Of a stretch of 64,000 nt of DNA, positions 1 to 11,076 are shown piece by piece. The stretch's first letter is position 1. Each line of letters opens with the position of its first letter. Where the stretch lies: positions 1,248,001 to 1,312,000 of the forward strand of contig OZ251539.1 in the NCBI GenBank assembly GCA_965243135.1, written 5' to 3'. A model generated the notes under the pieces. The model ran no database searches, had not been told where the DNA came from, and worked only from the letters and a program-made list of their open reading frames with translations. The position numbers were made by a program, and so were the translations under genes. Source of the DNA: Alphaproteobacteria bacterium. Lineage in GTDB: Bacteria; Pseudomonadota; Alphaproteobacteria; MPNO01; UBA830.

Positions 1-517
1 GTCCCAGGGTCGAGGCCGTCCGGAGATCGTAGTCGGCGACGTCGCGCGCGGCGAAGGTCGCGACGTCGGGACGCGAGCCGATCCTGACCAGGGGCACGCT
101 CGCGCAAAGCGCGGAAGGCAGCAGGCGGGCGACCTTCGCCAGTTTCACGCTCGCCGCCGCGGCGTCCGGGACCGGGTCGCGCCTGGCGTGAAACGGTCCC
201 CTCATGGGGTCGGCGAGGTCGAATTGCGGGTCGGCGAGCCGGCGGATTTGTTCGGCCGTCAGCCAGTCCGGGTAGGGAACGCGGACGACCTCGGGCGTGT
301 ACTGCCGGATCTTGAGGGTTTCCGCGCGGCGGACGGTCAGCACGACGTCGATTTCGTCCCCGAGCTTCCGCATCTCGTCCACGGCTTCCGCCGTCGCCAT
401 TTCCGTCGCGAGCGCGAGGACGGCGCGGTCGCTGTCGTCGAGCGCGAAGACGGGCCGTCCGCATCGCAACTCGAACGCCGCCCGTTCGACCTGCGCCATG
501 GGCGACGCGGGATTCAT
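1..517 (-). CDS. ribA: GTP cyclohydrolase II, alphaproteobacterial long form, N-terminal part (runs off window start)
   Basis: Manual translation, not in ORF track: MNPASPMAQVERAAFELRCGRPV...RRLADPQFDLADPMRGPF...AAASVKLAKVARLLPSA, resembling the N-terminal extension of alphaproteobacterial RibA. Catalytic domain lies outside the window. Confidence 0.6.
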   Translation of the reverse strand, partial: MNPASPMAQVERAAFELRCGRPVFALDDSDRAVLALATEMATAEAVDEMRKLGDEIDVVLTVRRAETLKIRQYTPEVVRVPYPDWLTAEQIRRLADPQFDLADPMRGPFHARRDPVPDAAAASVKLAKVARLLPSALCASVPLVRIGSRPDVATFAARDVADYDLRTASTLG

Positions 518-1962
518 CCCTGCGCCCACGGCCGGGCGAACGGGTCGACCGGCGTTCTGCCGGCGTGCCTGCGTTGGCTGAGGCGCTTCAAGATTCTTGC
601 CTGACGTTCGACCTGGAGCCGTCGCCCGCCCATTCGCCGAAGCTTTCCGGCGAAAGGGCGGGCGGCGGCAAGAATTACCACAGACCGCGCGGCCGAGAAA
701 CGGAGTCCGCGGTCCGGCGGCGGCCGGGCGTCGCGCTTCCCGCGGCGAGCCGCCGTCCTTTTTCCGGCCGACCGTTCGGCGCGTCCGGCGTCGCCGAGCG
801 AACCCGGCGACGCCGGGATTCCCGAATTCCATAAGGTAAAATGGCGGCCGGACGCCGCGGGCAGCGGCGTTCGCGCGCGAAGCGCGCGGGGGCGGGGAGG
901 GAAAAGACATGGAAATCTCTACGGAGACCAAGTTGGTCAGGCGCGCCGGGTCCGGTCGCAGCGTCGAGGCCGATTTCTGCATCCTCGGCGCGGGCATTTC
1001 CGGGGTCTCGGCGGCGCTGGAGGCCGCGGCTCTGGGCCGCCGCGTGGTTTTGGTGGACGGTTTCCCGGCGCTGGGAGGGCAGGCCGTGAATTCCATCATC
1101 GGGACGTTCTGCGGGCTCTACTCGAACGGCCGGGATTGCTACCGGTTCACCTACGGCGTCGCCGACAGGCTGCTGCGCGACCTCGGCGCGGAGAACGCCC
1201 TCTACTGGCACAGGGGACCGGTTACGACGTTCGTCTACTACGACGAGGTGGCGTTGTCGCGCTGGGTCGAAAAGGCCGTCGTCGGCGCCGGCGTCACCGT
1301 GGTCGTCGGCGCCGTGCTGCTCGGCGCGCATCGCGAGGGGCGGCGAATCGGCCGCCTCGAATTCGCCACGCGCTACGGAAACCTCTCCGTCTCGGCGACC
1401 GGTTACGTCGACGCCAGCGGCGACGCGGCCCTGACGTGGCAGGCGGGGCTCGAATGCCGGGAACCCGCGGAGGGACCGATCTACGGATCGCAGCAGATCG
1501 TGGTGGAGAACGTCCGCGAAGCGCATCAGCCGACAAGGAACGAGGTGATCGAGCGCCTGGAGGAGAAAGCGGAAGCCTACGGGCTGGTCCGGCGCAACGG
1601 ACTCGCATTCGTCTTTCCCGGCAGATCGACGGCGGTGGTCAACATGACGCACGTGGAGACGCCGCTCGATCCGATCGAAGCGTCGCGCAAGGGCATCGAG
1701 GGCAAGGATCAGGCGGACAGGGTGGCCGAATTCCTGCGGCGGGAGTTTCCCCGGGCCTTCGGCGACATCCGGATTCGCAGCTACGGATTTCCGGGCATTC
1801 GGCAGACCCGCTGGATCCGGGCGCGCCACGAACTTACCGTCGAAGAGGTGCGGAACGGCGTCCGTTTCGGGGACTCCATCGCCCGCACGTCGTGGCCGAT
1901 CGAGTTGCACAACAGCGCGGAGGGGGTGGTCTGGGAGGCGTTCGACGACGATCATGTGCACT

Positions 1963-3606
1963 CAGCAATTCCCGCTAAGGCTTGAAACCCTTGGAAAATA
2001 TGGGGTCCGAAAAAAAATTTTCGTAGACTTTTCGAGGCGATTCGGGGCTATTTGTCTTCGAGCGGAGAATTTTTCTCTGGAAAATGGTTCGAAGGCGAGG
2101 CGGGATCGTACCAAAATGGCTAGAATGCCAAGCATGCGCAAGACGCTCAGCGCTCCGGGATTGCTGAAGGCGCTCCGGGGGGTTTTTGACGGCATTGAGG
2201 ATCTGACGGCGAGTCGAGGCGTCGCTCTTTCGGATTGCCTGATGTCGGGGATTGCGGTATTTGGTTTGAAATACAAATCTCTTTTAAAGTTTGATCGCGA
2301 CGCACGTTTTGATGAAACGGTTCGCAATAATCTTGCGACGTTGTACGGGATAGAGAGAGCGCCTTCCGATACCAGGTTGCGCGAGCGTCTGGACGACGTG
2401 GACCCCCATAGTTTACGCCCCGCTTTCACGAAGATGTTCCAGTTGCTTCAGCGTGGAAAGGGTCTGGAAGGTTACACATGTCTAGGCGGGCATTATCTTT
2501 TATCCGTTGACGGAACGGGATATTTTTCATCTCACAAGGTGCACTGTAAAAGCTGCTGTGAAAAGCACCACAGGGACGGAACAATCACGTACTACCATCA
2601 GATGCTAGGGGCAGTTCTCGTACATCCGGAACAAAAGGAAGTTTTCCCTCTTGCGCCGGAGCCGATCACCAAGAAAGATGGAAAGAAGAAAAACGATTGC
2701 GAACGCAACGCGGCGACACGATTGTTGCGCGATGTGCGGCGGGAGCATCCGTTTTTGAAATTGATAGTGGTAGAGGACGGACTTGCCTCGAACGGCCCGC
2801 ATGTCAAGCATCTCAAGGAGTTGAACCTTCGCTTCATACTGGGAGCGAAGCCGGGAGACCATAAATTTTTGTTTGATTTAGTGAACAGGTCACGATCTGT
2901 GAAACGTGCCGAATTCTCCGATGAAGAAGGTATAATGCACGAATTCAGATATCTTAACAAGGCACCACTCAACGACGCGAATTTCGACCTTGAAGTCAAC
3001 TTTGTTGAATACTGGGAAAAGCGCCCCGACGGCAAAAAGCAACGCTTTTCCTGGGTTACAGACCTGCCAGTAGGAGATCACAACCTGATGGAGATAATGC
3101 GTGCCGGGCGTGCGCGTTGGCGTATCGAAAACGAGACCTTCAACACCCTGAAGAACCAAGGTTACAGCTTCGAACACAACTTCGGTCATGGTTACAAGCA
3201 TCTGTCGAATGTTTTTGCTAACTTGATGATGCTGGCTTTCCTGATCGACCAGATTCAGCAGAGATGTTGCAATCTGTTTCAAAGAGCACGGAAGAAAGCC
3301 GAGCGTTCCATCTACCTGTGGGAGAAGTTGAGAGCTATGTTCTTCAACTTTTCACTACCAGGCTGGGAAGCGCTTTATCGTGCTATAGCGTTCGGATACA
3401 AAAAACCGATTCTGGAACCTTACGATACTTCTTGATATAATAAATTTTCGAAGTGTGTAGCAGGTTCTTCAGGGGGAAACATAACCAACGAAAGCTTCGG
3501 TCATTAAGCCGAACGTTAGACGTTCGTCCTGACGGTCGTACCTTCTGCCGAGAAAGTCCTTTACATCTGATTTGGCACGACCACTACAAGTTAGCGGGAA
3601 TTTCTG
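1963..3606 (+). mobile_element. Complete IS (DDE, ISNCY/IS4-superfamily-like), 1644 bp
   Basis: IRs cagcaattcccgctaa (1963-1978) and ttagcgggaatttctg (3591-3606), 15/16 match. 9-bp TSD atgtgcact at 1954-1962 and 3607-3615. Lower GC than flanks. Confidence 0.92.
2116..3435 (+). CDS. DDE transposase
   Basis: SVDGTG, VEDGL and RARWRIENETFNTLK catalytic motifs; lies between the IRs. Confidence 0.9.
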   Translation: MARMPSMRKTLSAPGLLKALRGVFDGIEDLTASRGVALSDCLMSGIAVFGLKYKSLLKFDRDARFDETVRNNLATLYGIERAPSDTRLRERLDDVDPHSLRPAFTKMFQLLQRGKGLEGYTCLGGHYLLSVDGTGYFSSHKVHCKSCCEKHHRDGTITYYHQMLGAVLVHPEQKEVFPLAPEPITKKDGKKKNDCERNAATRLLRDVRREHPFLKLIVVEDGLASNGPHVKHLKELNLRFILGAKPGDHKFLFDLVNRSRSVKRAEFSDEEGIMHEFRYLNKAPLNDANFDLEVNFVEYWEKRPDGKKQRFSWVTDLPVGDHNLMEIMRAGRARWRIENETFNTLKNQGYSFEHNFGHGYKHLSNVFANLMMLAFLIDQIQQRCCNLFQRARKKAERSIYLWEKLRAMFFNFSLPGWEALYRAIAFGYKKPILEPYDTS

Positions 3607-4502
3607 ATGTGCACTATGTGCCGTTTTCGAGCATGGCGCCGCCGGAGATCGACAATCTGGTGGCCGCGGGACGCTGCATCGACGCGGATCCCGCGGCGTT
3701 GTCGAGCGTTCGCGTGATGGGGCCGTGCATCGCCATGGGCGCCGCCGCGTCGCACGCTCTCGATCTCGCCGGAAACGGCAGCGTTCATCAGATCGACATT
3801 GCGGCGTTGCAGCGGCGGATCGGGGACAACCTTGAACGAGCGGACCGCCTGGACGAGCGGTCGGAGGCCGTCGGAGAGTGGAATTGAGACTCCGGCGTTC
3901 GGACGCCGCAACCGCCGCCGCGAGAGCCGGCGCAGACGCGCCGCGGCCGCCCGCTCCTTTCGCTGCGCCGGGCGGCGGGTTCGGCTCTCGAGCGTATCGC
4001 TCGCGGGCGCAAGGCGAAATCCCGCGCCTTCGCGCTCGCCCCGAAGCGGGGCGTTCGTTCATCGGCGCGGAGACGCCGCAGGCGGCTCCGCCCGGCTGCG
4101 ACTCCTTGCCTCCGAGGCGCGGGCCCGGTCACGCAGCCGACGGGCCTTTCTTTCCGAAAGGCGCCGGCTTTCGGCGCAACCTCGAAGCGGGGAAACGTCA
4201 GCCGGTTGCGGCCGCCGTTTTCACGGAGTCGCTTCGAGCGGCGCGAATCAGCCGTTCCACGCGGGCCGGGCCGTGACGGCGGGATTGTCCGCGAGACCGC
4301 GGTCGCCGGGTTCGGGCCCGCCCGCCAGGACGAGCAAGGCGAAGGCGATCGCGAGCAGCGCCAACGCGCCCTTCAGGCGGCGAATTTGGTTGGGCGTCTT
4401 TTCCATGCTTCCCAGATGGGAAGCGAAAAGCGGTTTCGCAAGTGGGGGCGCTGCGAAGCGCGTGTTGCGGCCGGGCCGCCGTTGTGGCACCTTACCGCCG
4501 CA

Positions 4503-5525
4503 ATGCAGTTCGATGCGGATATCGTCAAGGAGAAGGCGAAGGCTCTCGGCGCCGATCTGGTCGGCATCGTCGACGCGGATACGCTGAACGCCTTTCCTCC
4601 GGACCCCAAGTGGCCGCAGACGCCGGAACGGATTTCTCCGTTCGTCAAGAGCGTCGTGGTGATCGCCAAGCGGATACCGGTGGGCGCCTTCCGGGCGAAG
4701 TCCAACATACCGGTTCAGTACATGGACATGCTCGTCCTGCGGGCTATGGACAGGGTCGCCTACCGCTTGTCGGAATGGATGGAGGACTGCGGATACCCTT
4801 CATTCGTGACCGCCGCGCAGGAGACCGACTGGTCCTACAAGAAGGCGAGCTACGGGCGACTCAGCACGCGGCATCTCGGGATCGAGGCGGGGCTCGGGAC
4901 GTTCGGGCTCGAAGTCAACATACTCACGCCCGAGTTCGGGCCGCGCATCTATCTCACGGGCATACTGACCGAAGCGAGCCTGGATCCCGACCGGCGGATC
5001 ACCGAACAGGTCTGCATAGGGGAATCCTGCAGCCGTTGCCTCTATTCCTGTCCGCCCGACGCCGTGCGTCACTTCGGCATCGACAAGCGCGCCTGCGCCA
5101 CCGAGGCGCAGGAGTTCGGTTTCTCGACCATTCTCAAGTTCTGGGCGCACTTCATTTCGCAGGACTCCGAAACGCGGCGGGAACTGCTGAAGGACCGGGA
5201 GATTTTCGGTTTCTGGCAGGGGCTTTTGCGGGTCGTCGGCTCGTTCGGCGACTGTCCGAGATGCCTCGCGGTCTGCCCCGTGGGCAACGACTATCACGCC
5301 TACCTCGCGGACATCCAGAAGAGGATTCCGGAGAAGACGGAGGAGAAGGCGGCGAAGGCCAAGGGCTTCAAGGAGGCCCGGAAGAACGGCGATCCGGTCG
5401 AAGGCCTGGACGACTGGAACGTGCGCTGGGTCGGACCCGAAGGATACAAGGGAATCGTCGCCCGCCAGCTCCAGGAATTCAAGAAGATCCAGAAGGAAAA
5501 GGCCGCCGCGGGCGGCGCGGAATAA
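4503..5525 (+). CDS. QueG/reductive-dehalogenase-like (cobalamin, 4Fe-4S) protein, paralogue 1
   Basis: GADLVGI, EAGLGTFG, FGPRIYLTGILT; Cys clusters CIGESCSRCLYSCP and CPRCLAVCP. Confidence 0.7.
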   Translation: MQFDADIVKEKAKALGADLVGIVDADTLNAFPPDPKWPQTPERISPFVKSVVVIAKRIPVGAFRAKSNIPVQYMDMLVLRAMDRVAYRLSEWMEDCGYPSFVTAAQETDWSYKKASYGRLSTRHLGIEAGLGTFGLEVNILTPEFGPRIYLTGILTEASLDPDRRITEQVCIGESCSRCLYSCPPDAVRHFGIDKRACATEAQEFGFSTILKFWAHFISQDSETRRELLKDREIFGFWQGLLRVVGSFGDCPRCLAVCPVGNDYHAYLADIQKRIPEKTEEKAAKAKGFKEARKNGDPVEGLDDWNVRWVGPEGYKGIVARQLQEFKKIQKEKAAAGGAE

Positions 5526-5527
5526 CG

Positions 5528-6520
5528 GTGGTTTCGGCATTTCAGACGCCGTTGTCGGCCGGCGACATCAAGCGGAAGGCGAAGGAGTTCGGCAGCGATC
5601 TCGTGGGGATCGCCGACGGCGAGACGCTGGAGCGGCATCGGCCGCCCGGTTTCCCGACCGGCCCGTCGGACGTCACGGAGCACGATTGCGGGAGGATAAT
5701 CGTGCTGGCCAAGCGCTACGGCAGCGGGACGACGCGCATTGCGCGCTGGGACGAACGTCACAAGTACTACAACGACGAACTCACGCTCACGATGCTCGAG
5801 GAGACGTCGCTGCAACTGGTCTACTGGCTGGAGGACAACGGATATCCGGCCATAATCGTTCCGCCTACGCACGTCGATCCGTGGGCTTACAGAAACGATC
5901 CCGGCGAACACCTGACGACGCTGCTCTCGCTCAACCACGCGGCCGTCGAGGCGGGCCTGGGGACGCTCGGCCTGAACCTGCAGTTGCTGACCAGCGAGTA
6001 CGGGCCGCGAGTCATGCTTTCGGCGGTCATGTGCAGCGTCGACTGCGAAACCGACCGACCGGCGGCCGGGGCGTTGTGCCGCGGGCCCGAATGCGGCCGT
6101 TGCCTCAGCGCATGTCCGGGAGACGTGGTCGGCCACTGGAATCGCGACTGGCCGGCTTGCGATCGCTACCGTTCGCCTCACGGTTTCGCGCAGCTGGCCG
6201 ACCATCTCCGCAACATTTTCGACGAACAGGATTCCGCGAGGAAACTCGAACTTCTGCGGTCGGAGGATTCTTTCAATCTCTGGCAGAGCATCCTGCGCGG
6301 CGCGGGCGTCGTCACCGGCTGCAGGCGTTGCCAGGACGTGTGTCCGGTCGGCGAAGACTACGCGCGCCTGCTGGAAGACGCCCTCGAAGCGATACCGGAA
6401 GACACGCCCGCCAAGGCGGCGCGGCTCGACGCGTTCCGGACGAGCGAAAAAGCCGGTTCGATGCCGGCGGCGTTCGAGGCGCAGCGCCGCTGGATCGGCG
6501 ACTACGCGCCCGACGAATGA
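5528..6520 (+). CDS. QueG/reductive-dehalogenase-like (cobalamin, 4Fe-4S) protein, paralogue 2
   Basis: GTG start just after the previous stop; GSDLVGIA, AAVEAGLGTLG, YGPRVML, CRGPECGRCLSACP, CRRCQDVCP. Confidence 0.7.
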   Translation: MVSAFQTPLSAGDIKRKAKEFGSDLVGIADGETLERHRPPGFPTGPSDVTEHDCGRIIVLAKRYGSGTTRIARWDERHKYYNDELTLTMLEETSLQLVYWLEDNGYPAIIVPPTHVDPWAYRNDPGEHLTTLLSLNHAAVEAGLGTLGLNLQLLTSEYGPRVMLSAVMCSVDCETDRPAAGALCRGPECGRCLSACPGDVVGHWNRDWPACDRYRSPHGFAQLADHLRNIFDEQDSARKLELLRSEDSFNLWQSILRGAGVVTGCRRCQDVCPVGEDYARLLEDALEAIPEDTPAKAARLDAFRTSEKAGSMPAAFEAQRRWIGDYAPDE

Positions 6521-7824
6521 CGCGCGAGCATCTGCCGTTGGGGCTGCCCGGCTCCCGCGAGGAGATCGAGCGGATCCAGCGCGTTCGCAAGGCGGCCGCT
6601 TTCGAGAATGCGAAGCGCGCGAAGTTCTGGAAGGGCAAGCTGGACGGCATCGATCCCCGCAAGCTCGACGATCCGGAGACGTGGAGGAAGATTCCGATCC
6701 TCGACAAGGAACAACTCCGCCAACTGACGACGCAGGCGTTCTACGAGGATTTCTGCATCGCCCGGCGCGAGGACATTTGCGAGTACTGGCGGTCGGGAGG
6801 AAGCACGGGGAAACCGCTCTTCTATCCCAAGACCTACGACGACATCCGGTACAACATGGTGGGCTTCACGCGGACCTTCGAATGCTCCGGGACGCTGCCG
6901 GGAAATCTCGCCCACGTATCGTTTCCGCTCGGAATTCATCCCGCCGGCCACATGTGGGCGCGCGCCGCGCGCATCATGGGCATCGGGACGGTCTGGAGCG
7001 GGGCCGGCGTTTCGCTGCCGTCCGCCGTTCAACTGGAATTGATCCGGAGCATGCGGCCGACCGTCTGGATGGGCATGTCCAGCTACGGGCTCCATCTCGC
7101 CAATCTCGCAGCCGCCGAAGGCGCCGGGCTTTCGGGCGGTTCGGTCGATCGCATTCTCTGCACCGCCGAACCCGTTTCGGCGGCCAAGCGCGCAAAACTC
7201 GAAAGGGACTGGGGCGCCCGCGTGTACGACAACTTCGGCCTGACCGAGTGCAGCATGATAGGGGCGGAGAGCGAGGCGCGAGACGGTTTCCACGTCTGGA
7301 CGGATCTCGCCTACATCGAGGTGCTGGACGAGGAGACCCTGAAGCCGGCGGAGGAGGGCGAACCCGGCCTATTGGTCGTGACGCCGCTCTTCAGCAACAA
7401 CGGCGCCGCGTTTCTGCGCTGGAACTCGGGCGACATCGTGACCTGGAAACGGGAAGGGGCGACCGGTTCGGACTTCGCGGTATTTCCCGTGATACGGCAT
7501 GCGCACAGGACGGCGGGCTTCTTCAAGATTCGCGGCGTGAACATAAACCATCAGGAGTTCGAGGACTTCATGTTCGGGATCTCGGAGGTCAACGACTTCA
7601 AGGCGGAACTCGTCACCGCGCCGGACGGAACCGACCGGTTCGCCCTGTCTCTCGAGGTTCGACCGGACGCGGGGGTCCAAGCCGCCGTCGCCGACCGGGT
7701 GACGCGGCGGATCAGGGAAACGTTCGAGGTGAGGCCCGACGTGGCCTTGCTCGAAGCGGGCGCGCTCGCGAGGGAATTCGAAGGCAGCATAAAGGCGCTG
7801 CGGTTTTCCGACAGGCGCGAGTGA
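6517..7824 (+). CDS. Phenylacetate-CoA ligase (PaaK)-family adenylate-forming enzyme
   Basis: ATGA overlap with the previous gene; SGGSTGKP, AEP, YDNFGLTE, LRWNSGD, KIRGVNI motifs. Confidence 0.8.
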   Translation: MTREHLPLGLPGSREEIERIQRVRKAAAFENAKRAKFWKGKLDGIDPRKLDDPETWRKIPILDKEQLRQLTTQAFYEDFCIARREDICEYWRSGGSTGKPLFYPKTYDDIRYNMVGFTRTFECSGTLPGNLAHVSFPLGIHPAGHMWARAARIMGIGTVWSGAGVSLPSAVQLELIRSMRPTVWMGMSSYGLHLANLAAAEGAGLSGGSVDRILCTAEPVSAAKRAKLERDWGARVYDNFGLTECSMIGAESEARDGFHVWTDLAYIEVLDEETLKPAEEGEPGLLVVTPLFSNNGAAFLRWNSGDIVTWKREGATGSDFAVFPVIRHAHRTAGFFKIRGVNINHQEFEDFMFGISEVNDFKAELVTAPDGTDRFALSLEVRPDAGVQAAVADRVTRRIRETFEVRPDVALLEAGALAREFEGSIKALRFSDRRE

Positions 7825-8338
7825 GGCGACGGGCGTGGCCTTCGAGCCGGAAGCCCGGCCTTCCATGGAAGGAACGGCCGCCCGGCGGCGACGCGGCCGG
7901 GAGGGGCTCCCGACGGGCGAGCGGCGCAACGCCGCCCGTCGGCATTCCGAATCGTTCACGGGAGCGAATCGATTCGGAAATTTGCGCGTCGCTCGGCCGT
8001 TATCCTGTAACCACTTGATACGGCACGCTTAATCTCCCCGAAAGCGATTCGGCGATTCTGTCCGCAATCGTAAAAAATGTTATATTCTCCTTGTAGGGCA
8101 CTACATGTGGTGTCCTATGCCGCTTTGCGGTTTTCTCCCTTGCCGCGAAGCAGGTTGCGCCGCAAAGGAAATTTTTTGGTTGTCCCATAAAGCCTCCTTG
8201 GTATTCCTTTGCGCTTGGCGGAGCCGTTAAAGTCGGCGCAGGCGTTGGCTCCGCCCTTTTCTTGCAGTCCGCGGACGATGGCGCCCCTCGCGGCGAACGA
8301 CCGCGATTTTCGGTTCGGGCGACAGCGTTGCGCCGCGA

Positions 8339-8767
8339 TCATGCGCCGAAATTCAGACCCGCCGCTTCGATGCCCGCCATGGCGGCCGCCTCGTCGTTGT
8401 CCGAGGTATCGCCGCTGATTCCGACGGCGCCGACGATTTCGTCGCCGTCCTTGATCAGCACGCCGCCGGGAACCGGCACCAACCGCCCGCCGGAAGCGCC
8501 GACAAGCGCCACGCCGAAGTGCGGCCTTTCGAGGACCCTTTCGTTGAGCGCCCTCGAAGAGAGTCCCATGCCGACCGCGCCGAACGCCTTGCCGATCGCG
8601 ATCTGGGGCCTGAGCGCGGCGCCCGGCCCGTCTTCCCGAGCGAAGGACTTCAGGTTGCCGCCATCGTCGAGAACGGCGACGGTCAACGGTTTGAGGTTCA
8701 TTTCGCGTCCCTTTTCGAGCGCTTTCGCGACTACGACATTGGCTTGTTCGAGCGTGAGCCTCGACAT
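8339..8767 (-). CDS. GlcG/HbpS-family heme-binding protein
   Basis: VAVLDDGG, IAIGKA, GGVLI...GAVGISG...D motifs; 142 aa. Confidence 0.85.
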   Translation of the reverse strand: MSRLTLEQANVVVAKALEKGREMNLKPLTVAVLDDGGNLKSFAREDGPGAALRPQIAIGKAFGAVGMGLSSRALNERVLERPHFGVALVGASGGRLVPVPGGVLIKDGDEIVGAVGISGDTSDNDEAAAMAGIEAAGLNFGA

Positions 8768-9019
8768 TCCTCTCTCCCCGGTTTGCGTTCGACAAGCTTA
8801 CGCGATTATCCGAACCGACGAAACCAGCGAAGCCTTCGGACGCCGAGCGCGGCGAAGCGGTTCTCCGCAGGCGCGGAAGGAGTTTCGACGCTACAGGAAA
8901 CGCGCAGATTCCTCGCCGCGCGCAAGGCGGCGCACCGGCGGCGGCCCTCGACGAGGCGCTTGCCGTCCCGAACCTGCGACGGCCTTTCGCGAAGACAGCT
9001 GCCCAAACGCCGTTCGGCT

Positions 9020-10509
9020 TCAGGCGGTCTCGAACCCGACGACGTTGCGCTCCTCGCGGCTGAACTCCACCAGGTGGACCGAACGTCCGAGGCGGCGGTA
9101 CTTGTCCGCATATCCCTTCTCCCGCAGCTGCGCGAGCGCGGTCCCCTCCCGTCCGCGCTCCACCACCTTGAACTCGAACAGGTAGACGCGCCCGCCGGCG
9201 CGGATCGCCATGTCGGCGCGCCCCCGGCTGCCGCTTCCTCGGCGACCGGCTCGAGGCCCTCCATCAGGAAGCAGCTGGACGCTCGCGTAGTGGGCCTCGT
9301 ACACCGGGCTGCTCGCGTACCACTGGTGCGGGATGGCGGCGAAGACGCCGCGGAACAGGGTTTCGAGACGCTCGAAGTCGTTCGCCTCCAGCAGTTCGCC
9401 CAGCCGCAGGTTCTCCGTCTCCTCGCGAGCCTCGTCCGGGAGCAGTTCTTCCAGCAGGGCCTCGCCCAGGCTCTGGCGCACCTCGAGGTTCGGGTAGCCC
9501 AGCCGGTAGCGCCCGTCCTCCTCGCCGACGATGGTGAGGTAGCCGGTCTGGAACAGAAGCGCCTCGACCGACATCCTGTCCACGTCGAAGGTCGAGAGCA
9601 GGCTCTCGCTGCCGATCATGCCGTCCAGGCGGGGAGTGGGCAGGTTGCGGCGCGCCAGCGTCTCGACCAGGAAGGTCGGCGTGCCGCTCTGGAACCAGTA
9701 GTTGCCGAACTTCCGTTTGTCGAACAGCAGCAGGAGGCCGAACGGGTTGTAGACCTTGTCCGCGCCGAGCCAGTTGTAGCCGTTGTACCAGCGGCGGATT
9801 TCGTCCCGGTCCAGGCCCTCGATCTCCGGGGCGAAGACCGCGTCCAGCTCCGCTTCGGTGTAACCGCAGATATCGCCGTAGCGTTCGTCCAGCGTGATGT
9901 CGTTCAGGTTGTTCAGGCCCGAGAACAGGCCCGATAACTTGCTCACCCCCGTCAGGAAAACGAAACGGAGCTGCTCGTCGCAGTCCTTGATCATCGCGTA
10001 GAAGCCGCGCAGGAAGTCGCGGTTGGCCAGCGCCAGTTCCCGATCGCCGAGCGCGTCCAGGATCGGCTTGTCGTATTCGTCCACCAGCACGACCGCCCGC
10101 TGCCCGGTGCGCTCGTGCAGCGTCAGGCGCCGGAAACGGACCGCCGCCCCGGCGGGGCCCGGTTCGAGGCCGGCCAGCCGCTCCGTCTCCTCCAACTGGT
10201 CTTCCACGTTTCCCCGAACGAGGTCCGGGGAGTCGAAATTGCCCCCGCCGAAGCTGATCCGCACGACGGCGCGTCGACCAGTCCCACTTGCCGTGCACGG
10301 CGAGGCCCTGGAACAACTCCTCGCTTCCCTCGAACAGCTTCTGCAGCGTGTCCACCAGCAGGGTCTTGCCGAACCGGCGCGGACGCGACAGGAAATAGTA
10401 CTTGCCCCTCTCGACGAAGGCGGCGCACATGGTCCGTCTTGTCGACGTAGTAGCAGTCCATCCCCCGGATCTCCCGGAGGGAGGAAAAGCCGAGCATGCG
10501 CTTCGTCAT
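9020..10509 (-). pseudogene. AAA-ATPase-like + PD-(D/E)XK nuclease, array copy 1 (multiple frameshifts)
   Basis: Homologous to the other copies but spread over three frames (indels near 10416, 10267, 9275, 9236), plus several 6-nt in-frame deletions. Confidence 0.85.
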
Positions 10510-11076
10510 TCCAAGAGAGTAGGCCGCCGCACCGGAGCCGTCAAGGATGAGGCGGGTTGCGAAGCGAAGCGCCACGGCGATTCCCGCCAGGGCGGCGGAC
10601 CTTCGCGGGAGGCCTGGCGCGCAGTCGGCGGCGGACAGGGCGTCACGGCGCATCTCCCGCGTCGAGGCCGGCCCGTGGCGCGTTCCTTTCGCCGCAGGGG
10701 CGGCGTCCGGGCACGGCCAAAGGCGGCGTCCGCGAAAACGGCGGTTCCGAAAGTTCGTAGTTCGCCGCGCCCGGGGCAATGGCTCGCGTTGCGCGAGCGC
10801 TGCCGACGGGCGAGAGGCCGTCGTTCCGCAGGAATCTTCCCCGCCGAAACGAATTTTCTCGTCCTCTCGAGCCTTACCTCTCGGGGCCGGCTTCGGCATC
10901 GTCGAACGGTCGCCAGCCCGCGAAGCCTGCCGGGAACGGCGCGCGAGCGCCTGCAGGGAGACGCCGCCGGCCCCGAGTTCCCGGCGGCCTCCGGGGCGTC
11001 CCGTCAAGCCGCAGGCGCGCGAGGCGACGAACCGGCTGCCGAAATGTCCGAACAGGACCTCGTCCGGCTTCAGGTT

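Larger units (their letters stand above)
909..3887 (+). pseudogene. FAD-dependent oxidoreductase (PF12831-like) interrupted by an IS
   Basis: GAGISG Rossmann motif and DASGDA. Reading ...DDDHVH at ~1960 resumes as YVPFSSM...NLVAAGRCID...SVRVMGPCIAMG after the IS and TSD (~3614). Confidence 0.85.

Noticed and set aside
4503-6520. Gene symbols queG or rdhA
   Set aside because: Fold-level motifs only; the tandem arrangement and catabolic context do not support either specific function.
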